48,160 bases of DNA from IMG/VR virus record IMGVR_UViG_3300037422_000690, positions 1 to 48,160 of that record. One strand, written 5' to 3'. A program made the translations under genes and the position numbers. The stretch is from a virus (Duplodnaviria; Caudoviricetes). The notes beneath the pieces are model-generated. The model had not been told where the DNA came from. It searched no databases and saw nothing but the letters and a program-made list of their open reading frames with translations. Below are positions 1 to 8,204 of the stretch, piece after piece (the stretch's first letter is position 1; every line of letters starts with the position of its first letter).

Positions 1-2100
1 GTCCCATTCCGGCTCAGTGACCGGAATGATCTTTGGAAGCGAAATGCCGGCAGGAACTTCCCTCGAATCGCCCTTGTCTTCAGCAGGTGGCTTCCGCCTG
101 GTCCCATCCCCTCCATTGGGCTCAGTTTCCGGTTTCACCGCAACGGTGAAGCGATTGACAAACGGCTCGAGAAGGGTGGAGTCTGCGACGGTTGCCTCGA
201 GGCAAAGTCTGTCGCCGACGTCGCAGTTCGCTGGCAACCGTAAGGTCAGGGTTGCGATCCCGCTCTGCAGATTCGGCCCGACAAAGTCGGTGGCCGGGAT
301 CCTGCCATGGTCAAAGACTTGCTCCAGGGCGAATTGACCTCTGTCGACGGGCCGGCTGAAATAGTCGTTGACCGCATCCGTCTCGAAGACGATCCGGGCC
401 CGTTGGTTGATGTGGCAGTCGCGGTGCAACCCTCTACCGTAGTCCCTGTCTTTGAACTTGAAATAGGTAGGATGCTTCTTCCCTTGGAATTCTTGTTGCT
501 GCTCCTTGACCTTTGTGGTCTTGAAAGGGTTCGACGCCCGCAGGCCCTGGAGGAACAGATTAGAAAGCGTGGGCGAGTGTTCCAACAAGGATTTGAGGAT
601 ATCTTCAAGGGGCTTTTCGTCTTCCAGCTTTGACTGAACCTCTTCGCTTCGCCGCTTCTCTTTGAGCGCCCGCAAGCCCTGATGCTGACGCAGCATCTCC
701 TCGAGTTGCTCTTCCAGGTTGATCCGCAATTCACCGTGACTCAGCCGGTCGCGACTGTTCATGAAGAGGTCTTCACGTGCGCGACCTGAGATGCGGCTGC
801 AATCAACGGCCACTAGGATTGAGTCAGCAATATAGTTGAGTCTTCCCGCATCTTTCCGGCCGAAAAAGTCCTTCGTGAGATGCCCATGGGTTTGCCCATT
901 CAGGGTGAAGACGATGCCTTCGTTCTTCCGATACGTCTCGGCCTTGCCCTTCTTGAAGGCGTAGATCGTCGCAGTCATCGGTTCAGCGTCGACGCTGATG
1001 GGGCAGGACGATGGGAATCCGTCCTCCAGGTTTTCGCCCTTGTCATCTTCCAATCGAACGGTGAGCCCTGTTAGCGTCGTTTCAAAGCTGCCTTCGTGAC
1101 CGCGATACTCCGGTCTGCACTCGTGCAGCCGGATGGGCAACGCCGGATCGGGGAGTAGGAGGTCAATTCTGGCGAGCAACCCTTTTTTCATGAGAATGTG
1201 AGTGTTGCTGTAGCCGGAGGCCGTGTACTCGTAAAGCTTGATCAGAGTACCGTGCGAAGACTCCCTTGCGTAGGCGTTACGTCCTTCCGGAAAAATGGGC
1301 ATTGTGTCGGAGGAGAATCGCAAGACCCCTCCTGCCCCCGCAGCTTGCTTACAACCAACCGGAGCCAGGTAAGTGTAGACGGAGCTCCGGCGACCGCCCT
1401 GGGGGTCCTTGCGCCGGACGATAGTGAAGCACCACTGGTCATCGGACGGGTGGGCGGGCCGCCCATTTACGATCGTGGGATTCCGCCTGCTGAGAATCAA
1501 CTGAAGGTGATGGCGGCCGCAGAATTTCAGGACGCCGGTACCGCCCATGTTGAATTTTCCTTGCACGAAAGGAATCCGGAGCTTGTTCGACCTGTTCAAA
1601 GAGAGAAGGGTTTCGGGCATACGCTCAGGTGTCTGCCCCTCGCCGCCGTCTGAGATTGTGAAGCACGGTTTCCCTTGCCGCGGAGGGAACCCAGTTGCCG
1701 CCACGGTTATGCCACGAGCAACTTCGGTACGTTTGGAATCTGCCCAGTTCGAGAGGCGGCCGGCCATGTCGCTCTGCGCGTGATGCGAGGCCTCAAAGAA
1801 CGCAGCTACGCCTTCTCTAACGGTTTTCGGCGCCCTAGGGCCCTCAGGATCAATCTCTCGTATGAGGGATTCGTTCATGAGGCGCGCGTCCACCGAATTG
1901 ACGAGCTTCTCTACCAGCGCCGCATCGGAGCGGCTCTGCTGATTCCCGATGGTGTTGTAGTTGTTTTCGTAGTCGCCGAAGAAGCGCCATGCGTCGGGCG
2001 CGGCCCAAAGACCTGCTTGCTCAAGCAAGCCGATAACTTCCGTCTCGGCGTCGGCCCGCATCAGGCCCAGACAGAGATTCCGAGTTTCGTCGTTCGTCAT
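1..2100 (-). CDS. GHKL (Hsp90/MutL/MORC-like) ATPase, >=700 aa, 3' end beyond window start
   Basis: Not in ORF track because it has no stop in the window. Manual translation from ATG at 2100: MTNDETRNLCLGLMRADAETEV...; GHKL motifs ALVEKLVNSVDA (ExxxNxxDA), TISDGGEGQ (DxGxG), VQGKFNMGGTG (ATP-lid glycine motif), HGTLIKL; coiled-coil-like LEEMLRQHQGLRALKEKRRSEE; frame is open to base 1 (...IIPVTEPEWD). Confidence 0.85.
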   Translation of the reverse strand, partial: MTNDETRNLCLGLMRADAETEVIGLLEQAGLWAAPDAWRFFGDYENNYNTIGNQQSRSDAALVEKLVNSVDARLMNESLIREIDPEGPRAPKTVREGVAAFFEASHHAQSDMAGRLSNWADSKRTEVARGITVAATGFPPRQGKPCFTISDGGEGQTPERMPETLLSLNRSNKLRIPFVQGKFNMGGTGVLKFCGRHHLQLILSRRNPTIVNGRPAHPSDDQWCFTIVRRKDPQGGRRSSVYTYLAPVGCKQAAGAGGVLRFSSDTMPIFPEGRNAYARESSHGTLIKLYEYTASGYSNTHILMKKGLLARIDLLLPDPALPIRLHECRPEYRGHEGSFETTLTGLTVRLEDDKGENLEDGFPSSCPISVDAEPMTATIYAFKKGKAETYRKNEGIVFTLNGQTHGHLTKDFFGRKDAGRLNYIADSILVAVDCSRISGRAREDLFMNSRDRLSHGELRINLEEQLEEMLRQHQGLRALKEKRRSEEVQSKLEDEKPLEDILKSLLEHSPTLSNLFLQGLRASNPFKTTKVKEQQQEFQGKKHPTYFKFKDRDYGRGLHRDCHINQRARIVFETDAVNDYFSRPVDRGQFALEQVFDHGRIPATDFVGPNLQSGIATLTLRLPANCDVGDRLCLEATVADSTLLEPFVNRFTVAVKPETEPNGGDGTRRKPPAEDKGDSREVPAGISLPKIIPVTEPEWD

Positions 2101-2103
2101 CGT

Positions 2104-3225
2104 TCAACCTCTCAAAACCGCTTTCTGCTCCTGGTAGTGGTTGCCCCCGGCGGAGACCTTGTAGGTCACCCTTAGGCCGTCGCGAATTCGCTCGACCAGA
2201 CCGAGATCACCCATCCGGGAAATCACGCCCGCACGTTGCGTGGTTAGGAACGCCTGCGACACAGGTTTCTCGGCTCTTGCAGGCGAATACTTGGCCAGAG
2301 CCTGGTCCAGGTCTTCGGGGGTCGACGCCCCTTCGTTGACTGCGGACAAGACAGCTCCGATCGCGAACTCCTCAGCGGGCACATTTGTTCGGATGTGTTT
2401 TATCAGAAACTCCCTCTCCGCTTCACTGAGGCGCTCGGTGGAGCCGGGAGGCCCGTCTAAGATCGGGTTATGAAGCTTGGCGAAATACCAGCCGGGTTCG
2501 GTCAAGACGAGCTTGGGTTCCTTGTTGCCCCGGTAGTTGACCAACTTCAGATCAATTGGAAAGCCACGCAGCTGCCCGTGCTTGTTGATGCTGCCAACGA
2601 ACTGATTCGCGTATCTGAGCCGGGACTTGTTGATATCCGCCGAATCACTTGGAAAGGCCGTCGCGAGGGCCTCATCACGGATGAAGCCATGGTTCTCGTC
2701 AACCTGACGCAGAAAGGCACCAAGCGTCTCCGCCTCTTGCGCAATCTCAGTGGCCGCCCGGGAAAGTAGCACCCCATTCGAATCGGTGTTGAGCAGGACG
2801 GCAAGGGCCCGTACGCTTGCTTTGAGGGGAAGAAGCTTGTTGTGTTGGCCGAAGATCCAGCGGTCGATCGGCACCGTCTGTCCGAATGTGAATGAATCAT
2901 TCGACATCGGTGCGAGGTCACAACCGGGCTGGTCCAGTTCGGTCGATCGAAAGATGGCTGGAATGGAAAGACCCCCGGCCGCCGTTCTCTTAGCGCGGGG
3001 TTCTCTTGCCGTTAGGGGGGCTTGCGCGACAATCCTCCCTTCGGGTTCACCGTGTTCAGCGGCCCCCAGGACGATCGACCTCGCGGCGGTCATATTGCGG
3101 TGGAGAGTCAGCTGGTTTGAAATGGCTATGGCGATCGCCTCGCCGTAATCGCGGTACTGACCGAGCCGCAAGAGCTCGTCCAGTTCATCCTTCGTTTTGG
3201 TGGAGCATTCTATACAGATAACCAT
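2104..3225 (-). CDS. Hypothetical DNA-binding protein, N-terminal ribbon-helix-helix-like and C-terminal winged-helix-like segments
   Basis: 373-aa ORF with AAGGAAGGAG RBS; stop 3 bp before the GHKL start. N-term VICIECSTKTKDELDELLRLGQYRDYGEAIAIAI fits a CopG/RHH pattern; C-term ISRMGDLGLVERIRDGLRVTYKVS fits a wHTH helix plus wing. Domain calls are inference. Confidence 0.7.
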   Translation of the reverse strand: MVICIECSTKTKDELDELLRLGQYRDYGEAIAIAISNQLTLHRNMTAARSIVLGAAEHGEPEGRIVAQAPLTAREPRAKRTAAGGLSIPAIFRSTELDQPGCDLAPMSNDSFTFGQTVPIDRWIFGQHNKLLPLKASVRALAVLLNTDSNGVLLSRAATEIAQEAETLGAFLRQVDENHGFIRDEALATAFPSDSADINKSRLRYANQFVGSINKHGQLRGFPIDLKLVNYRGNKEPKLVLTEPGWYFAKLHNPILDGPPGSTERLSEAEREFLIKHIRTNVPAEEFAIGAVLSAVNEGASTPEDLDQALAKYSPARAEKPVSQAFLTTQRAGVISRMGDLGLVERIRDGLRVTYKVSAGGNHYQEQKAVLRG

Positions 3226-3265
3226 GGCTCCTTCCTTGCTTGATTACCGCTGGCGGAGAGTTTAA

Positions 3266-3294
3266 AATATAGCATCTCAATGGGTCGATGTCAA
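3266..3294 (-). promoter_or_regulatory. Near-consensus sigma70 promoter for the 3225-1 operon
   Basis: Minus strand reads TTGACA (3294-3289), 17-nt spacer, TATATT (3271-3266) with an extended -10 TG; about 40 nt upstream of the ATG at 3225. Confidence 0.8.
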
Positions 3295-3304
3295 TAGCTA
3301 TCTA

Positions 3305-3338
3305 TATAAATAGTTAGCGGTTTGTATAAATGGTTAGC
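3305..3338. repeat. 14-bp direct repeat TATAAAT(A/G)GTTAGC x2, putative operator
   Basis: Copies at 3305-3318 and 3325-3338 (20-bp period), just upstream of the -35 box in an AT-rich island. Confidence 0.6.
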
Positions 3339-3454
3339 TCTACATGTAACGCCCACGTTCTGGAAGCGAGTAATGCCTTTACTTTCAATCGGTTACCATC
3401 GAACCCCGCTTTGCTCGCGAACGGTGGATGTGGGGTGGCCGCCGTGGGCTGGCC

Positions 3455-4633
3455 TCACAGACTCAGCGGTTCAGTGCCCTGGTTGAGGATAGCGAGGTAC
3501 CGGTCATAGACAAACAGCCGGTGCCGCTGCTTGCCGGTGATCTCCCGGAGCATGCCCAGCTTCCTCATGTGCTCGATCGCCTTTGTCACGGTCGGTGCGG
3601 AGAGCGAGAGGGCTTCTGCGGTCGCCGGAATCGAGATGATCGGTTTCCTTTGCATGTGCTGGTGAATGCGCAGTGCCGAGGCCGCGGGGCGACCGAGGCC
3701 TTCGATGGCCCGTCGGTCCGACTCGAAGAGCGCCAGGATTTGCCGGGCGTTCTCTGCGGCCTGTTCTGAAGTCTCCTTGACGCCCGCGAGGAAGAACTCC
3801 AGCCATGTCTCCCAGTCGCCAGTTTCGCGCACTCGCTGGAGCAGCTCGTAATACCGCTGGCGGTTCGACTTGAAGTAGATACTCAAGTACAGAATCGGCT
3901 CGCGCAAGGCGCCGGCGGCGCACAGGAGAAGTGTGATCAGCAGGCGCCCGAGGCGCCCGTTGCCGTCGAGGAAGGGATGAATCGTCTCAAACTGGACGTG
4001 CACCAGCGCTGCCTTTACCAACGTCGGCAAGTCCAGCCGGTTCTCGTGTAGGAAGCGCTCCAAAGCCCCCATGCATTCCACCACCTTCTCCGGCGGGGGC
4101 GGCACGAAGATCGCGTTGCCCGGGCGCGTTCCGCCGATCCAGTTCTGGCTGCGTCGGAATTCACCTGGTTGCTTCTCGCTACCGCGTCCCTTCGACAGAA
4201 GGACCTCGTGCATTTCGCGGATCAATCGAAGCGACAGCGGAAAGCCTTCGTGCAGCCGCTTAAGGCCATGATTCATCGCTGCGACGTAGTTGGAGACGTC
4301 CTGGACGTCGGCCAGCGGAGCACCGGGTGCCTCGGCGCTTTCGTACAACAGCAGGTCCGACAGCGACGACTGTGTGCCCTCGATCTGCGACGACAGAACC
4401 GCTTCCTTGCGGACGTACAGGGAAATGAACAGGGAGACCTCGGGCAGAAGCGTAGCCAGCCCGTCCAGCCTTCCAAGGGCTTGGTTGGCGTGCTCCATGA
4501 GACCGTAAACACCATCGAACTGGAGCGGCGGTTTGGGCGGAAGAGGTGGCGGGACGAACGCTCGCACACGCTCGCCGCCGACAGTGGAGACGATGTAAGT
4601 GCCCAGTCTTGATTTCCGGTCAGCCCGCGTCAT
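3455..4633 (-). CDS. fic: Fic family protein (class II) with C-terminal HTH
   Basis: Canonical HPFLDGNGRLGR catalytic motif; N-terminal inhibitory motif SSQIEG; C-terminal ISIPATAEALSLSAPTVTKAIEHMRKLG HTH. Confidence 0.93.
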   Translation of the reverse strand: MTRADRKSRLGTYIVSTVGGERVRAFVPPPLPPKPPLQFDGVYGLMEHANQALGRLDGLATLLPEVSLFISLYVRKEAVLSSQIEGTQSSLSDLLLYESAEAPGAPLADVQDVSNYVAAMNHGLKRLHEGFPLSLRLIREMHEVLLSKGRGSEKQPGEFRRSQNWIGGTRPGNAIFVPPPPEKVVECMGALERFLHENRLDLPTLVKAALVHVQFETIHPFLDGNGRLGRLLITLLLCAAGALREPILYLSIYFKSNRQRYYELLQRVRETGDWETWLEFFLAGVKETSEQAAENARQILALFESDRRAIEGLGRPAASALRIHQHMQRKPIISIPATAEALSLSAPTVTKAIEHMRKLGMLREITGKQRHRLFVYDRYLAILNQGTEPLSL

Positions 4634-4636
4634 GGT

Positions 4637-4698
4637 AACGAAAGGATCCTTTCGTTGACGGACCTATAACGAAACTATACGCTATTTTCCTTTCGTTA
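4637..4698. promoter_or_regulatory. Inverted-repeat operators upstream of fic
   Basis: Perfect 20-bp palindrome AACGAAAGGATCCTTTCGTT at 4637-4656 and a second TAACGAAA...TTTCGTTA pair at 4667-4698. Confidence 0.65.
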
Positions 4699-4894
4699 CG
4701 CCACTTCAGATTTTTCGCTTGCGAGGGAGGTTTTCGCTTTCTCTTCGCCGTGGTAGAATAGCTGGGTTGTGCTTCAGGTTCACCCGCCGACGTCGCTTCG
4801 GCGGGAATCGACCGGTGGCCCGGCGCTGGCCACCTGCACACGCAATCCGGCCGACGCACGGGGACGGCCGAGTCGGCCTTTGGAGGGATTCCCT

Positions 4895-6073
4895 ATGCCC
4901 ACTTTCTTCCCGCGCCGCTTTACCAACCTTGAGTTCTTGAGGACGATCGCCCCGGAGAACTTGATCTCGTTTCTGTCGCCATTCCGGGAGTACCTGGCGG
5001 GACAGGGCCTGACGTTCCCCGCGAGCGGTGACGGCAAGCTCGATTACGAGACGCTGGTCAGCATCCTGGTGAGCGCCGATGGCCAAATGCCAAAGGGACT
5101 CGTGGACAGCCTGTACTATGTCCACGAGATGTCCACCCTCGATGCGATGAACACGCTGCTTGAGAAGGCGCCGCCGGGCCTGCTAGACTTCGACGGCACA
5201 GGCGATCCCACTCCGGGCGATGTGGCCATCGTCGCCTGGCTCAAGAACCGCGCCTTTGTCGAGGAGAGGCACTCGGAGAGGTTTCTCGAGCGTACTAAGA
5301 CTTTCATCTGCTACCAGGGCGCAATCCGCAGGTCCAGGGAAGCGCCGGCGTCCACGGACGATATCCGGCGCGGCCTCGAACTAGACCTTGACGACTGGTT
5401 CGAAGGAAAGCGCCGCGGCCGCGGTTGCCGCATTTTTGTGCACCCGCGCGGCGACGAGGTGTGGTTCCTGGTGCGCCACGGCGATCCGATCCGGCGGGAA
5501 GGCACCTACGACAACGGCAAGGCCGACAGCGTCTACTATCGTCCGGAGAAGTACGACGTCCTCATCTACTACTGCGGGCTCGATCGGCTTGCCGTTCATG
5601 CCGCCACTCAAGGCGAGAAGGGACTGTACAAACGGGTCTTCGGGAGGCACCTCTTCGGCGACGTCGAGTACTTCGGCGACGGCGTTAGCTTCACACTCGA
5701 ACCGCTCCGCCAAAACGGCGAGGCAGCGCTGAACTGCGAGTGCGTGCCCGGCATCGAGTGGATCAAGCTTAAGGAGATGGAGATCTACCAGGCCAACTCC
5801 ATGACCGTGATCTACAAGGCGTCGGACTTTTTCGGGGTGCTCGGGGACCGCGCGGCCGATGTGCTGGACTCCGGCCACCTCTGGCGGGCGGGCTTCAATG
5901 TCAAGTTCTCGGATTCCCGGACGCCGCGCGTTCTGAACCTGCGCCCGCCAGCCGGCGCAGGCTACATGCGGGACAGCGACCGCGTCTCGATCGAGGCGTG
6001 GATGCGTCACCAGGGTTTCTTGGTGGTGGAGCCGACCGATGGTGAAGCTTCAACGACTGTGGCCGGCGCTTGA
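4895..6073 (+). CDS. Hypothetical protein (392 aa)
   Basis: ATG at 4895 with GGAGGG RBS inside ORF 4769..6073; long ORF with high GC3; overlaps the next gene. No recognised motif. Confidence 0.8.
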   Translation: MPTFFPRRFTNLEFLRTIAPENLISFLSPFREYLAGQGLTFPASGDGKLDYETLVSILVSADGQMPKGLVDSLYYVHEMSTLDAMNTLLEKAPPGLLDFDGTGDPTPGDVAIVAWLKNRAFVEERHSERFLERTKTFICYQGAIRRSREAPASTDDIRRGLELDLDDWFEGKRRGRGCRIFVHPRGDEVWFLVRHGDPIRREGTYDNGKADSVYYRPEKYDVLIYYCGLDRLAVHAATQGEKGLYKRVFGRHLFGDVEYFGDGVSFTLEPLRQNGEAALNCECVPGIEWIKLKEMEIYQANSMTVIYKASDFFGVLGDRAADVLDSGHLWRAGFNVKFSDSRTPRVLNLRPPAGAGYMRDSDRVSIEAWMRHQGFLVVEPTDGEASTTVAGA

Positions 6074-6980
6074 AGCTCCTTTCGGTGTCGCCGGAGTCCG
6101 TACTGAGCTGGTCCGGATCTTCGGCGACGAGTTACCCCTCGCAGAACCTTATCTGCGCCGGCTGCCGGAGCCCTCAGAAATCTACCCCTGCGAGCAACTC
6201 GGGTGGAGGGGGTGTCCTCGTCGAATAGTCACGCATCCTGACCGCAGAATTGTTGCGGTTTGTGGTTGCGACCCACCGGCATGCGAAACGGTGCAGCTGC
6301 GCGCTGAGGACCTCGTCCGCTACGAACTCGACGTGCCGCTGCTCTGCAAGTTCCTCGGACGGACGCTCGGCTTCACGATTTCGCCGGCGAAGATTGCTGG
6401 TCGGCAGGATGTCTGGAGCGCCGGTTTCTTCACCGCCGGCGGCGCGGTGCGCTCACCGGTGTTTCTCGTTCTTCCGGCGTCACGGAACGAACTGTGGAGC
6501 GCGATCGACCATCTGCTGGCGGAGTACGAAGCCGCCTTTGTTGTGCTCGTGCCGAGCTTGCGGTTGTTGGACCCGAGCCTCGCGGAGCGGCTCCGGCGTC
6601 GTGAGGCAAAGCTCGTGGTACTGCAAGATGCCCTCGCTGCTGCCGACGGAAAGCTGCTGGCATCGCAGACCTTGGCAAGCTGGATAGGAGCCGCTACGGA
6701 GCAGCGGATTGTCAGGGAAACTGCACCATCCGCTCAGCGGGTCCGGTTACCTCGCTCAGCCGGCAGTCCGCAGGCCGTGAGAGCGGTGGTGGCCTACATG
6801 GAAGAGCGCGGCTTGGGCATCACACAATTCGCCATCCAGGTTGATACCACCGACCGCACGGTTCGTAACTTCCTCAAGAGAGGCAAGATGCGGCGGTCGT
6901 CGTTCGAGACCATGGCCGCAAGGATGGGGCTGACGACCGAGCGGCTCCTGCGTGGCGAGGCGCCAAAGAAGGCGCCATAG
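6039..6980 (+). CDS. Hypothetical regulator: N-terminal Cys cluster and C-terminal Cro/XRE-like HTH
   Basis: YPCEQLGWRGCPRRI...AVCGCDPPACE may bind metal; C-term LGITQFAIQVDTTDRTVRNFLKRG is HTH-like. Confidence 0.75.
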   Translation: MVKLQRLWPALEAPFGVAGVRTELVRIFGDELPLAEPYLRRLPEPSEIYPCEQLGWRGCPRRIVTHPDRRIVAVCGCDPPACETVQLRAEDLVRYELDVPLLCKFLGRTLGFTISPAKIAGRQDVWSAGFFTAGGAVRSPVFLVLPASRNELWSAIDHLLAEYEAAFVVLVPSLRLLDPSLAERLRRREAKLVVLQDALAAADGKLLASQTLASWIGAATEQRIVRETAPSAQRVRLPRSAGSPQAVRAVVAYMEERGLGITQFAIQVDTTDRTVRNFLKRGKMRRSSFETMAARMGLTTERLLRGEAPKKAP

Positions 6981-7097
6981 CCGCTCCCTCTCTCCTGAAT
7001 TTTCCGGATTTCTTCCGCTTTTCTTCCGGTTAGCTTCGTATCGCAAAAATCCAGCCTCGGGCATTCTCGATGCAGACGCTGTGAGAGAAACCCAGCG

Positions 7098-7325
7098 TTG
7101 AGCATCGATATGACGCCTGCTCTACCGCAAAGACTCCTCAACGAGCACGAAGTAGCCACAACGTGCGCCATCAGCGTCGCGACGTTACGCAAATGGCGGA
7201 CGCTGAGGCGCGGGCCCCGATTCCTTAAGATTGGCAGCCTGGTCCGGTATCGTGCGGAGGACATCGCCGCCTGGATTGAGCAGCAGGAGGCGCACCCAGC
7301 CGAGCCCGTGGAGGTGGCACGATGA
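7098..7325 (+). CDS. Excisionase/AlpA-like HTH protein
   Basis: LLNEHEVATTCAISVATLRKWRTLRRGPRFLKIGSLVRYRAEDIAAWI is a typical HTH_17/AlpA signature; start codon uncertain. Confidence 0.85.
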   Translation: MSIDMTPALPQRLLNEHEVATTCAISVATLRKWRTLRRGPRFLKIGSLVRYRAEDIAAWIEQQEAHPAEPVEVAR

Positions 7326-7666
7326 ACCGCCTCCGACCCGCCTCCACTCGTGACCTCCGCCCCTCTGAGCGGCGGCTTCTGAACGCAATTAGCGCTTTGG
7401 GTTTTGGGCGGCTCGAGTACTTGCAGATCCGCAACGGGGAGCCAGTCCTTGACCCGGGGCCGACCGTTGTCCGCGACGTCAAGTTTGGCGTCCAGAGCGG
7501 CGCTCGCCCCAGAACAACGTCGGAAGACTTCGCCCTGAAGCAGCAGGTAGCCGAGTTCTTCGAATACACCCGGAGCGTCGAGGTCGGCGAGATCCGCGCC
7601 TTGGAAGTGCGTCACGGACTCCCTTTCGCGATGGAAGTCGAGCTTGCGGGAGGCCGTCATGCCTGA
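7322..7666 (+). CDS. Hypothetical phage protein
   Basis: GGAGG RBS, ATGA overlap with upstream gene, overlaps downstream gene. Confidence 0.75.
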   Translation: MNRLRPASTRDLRPSERRLLNAISALGFGRLEYLQIRNGEPVLDPGPTVVRDVKFGVQSGARPRTTSEDFALKQQVAEFFEYTRSVEVGEIRALEVRHGLPFAMEVELAGGRHA

Positions 7667-8204
7667 GCTGACCTTCGACGAAGCCTACCCGGTTGCCCGT
7701 GCGCTTGCTCGCCTGAAAGCGCTGTCGGTCGTCGGCTGCTGCGGGCTCTGCCAAGCTGACCGCGAGGACATCGAAAGCGACCTCCTGCTCGATTTCTACT
7801 TGCGCTTCTCGAAGTTCGACCGCCAGCGCGCCTCGGTGCGGACCTTCGCCTCACGCGTGATGGACAAGAAACTGAAGTCCATTCTGCGTCAGCGCAGCGC
7901 AAGGTGCAGGGCCGGTCAGAACGGACAGCAATCTCTTGACGAGCTGCCCTTTGACCGCACCTCCGGCCCGCCGACCGCGGGGCGCCAGCAGTTCTGGTTG
8001 GACGCTGGGCGCGCTTTGGCTTCGCTCCCACCGGGAGCACGCCAGGTTGCGCACGCCCTCTGCTGGGACTCACCGGCGGAAGTCAGCCGGTCGGTGGGTC
8101 GGTCGCGCAGCCGAATCTACCAGCGGATCGAGCAACTCCGCAGGGCGTTCCTGGCTGCTGGCATCGGTCCCGACTACTTTGCAGCCTCGGGGGTTGCGCA
8201 ATGA
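7659..8204 (+). CDS. Sigma-70/ECF-like protein
   Basis: ATG 7659 with GGAGG; region-2-like DREDIESDLLLDFYLRFSKFD...RTFASRVM and region-4-like ALASLP...PAEVSRSVGRSRSRIYQRIEQLR. Confidence 0.75.
   Translation: MPELTFDEAYPVARALARLKALSVVGCCGLCQADREDIESDLLLDFYLRFSKFDRQRASVRTFASRVMDKKLKSILRQRSARCRAGQNGQQSLDELPFDRTSGPPTAGRQQFWLDAGRALASLPPGARQVAHALCWDSPAEVSRSVGRSRSRIYQRIEQLRRAFLAAGIGPDYFAASGVAQ

Noticed and set aside
4769-4894. N-terminal extension of the 434-aa ORF
   Set aside because: Better ATG with RBS at 4895; the extension is hairpin-rich leader-like sequence.
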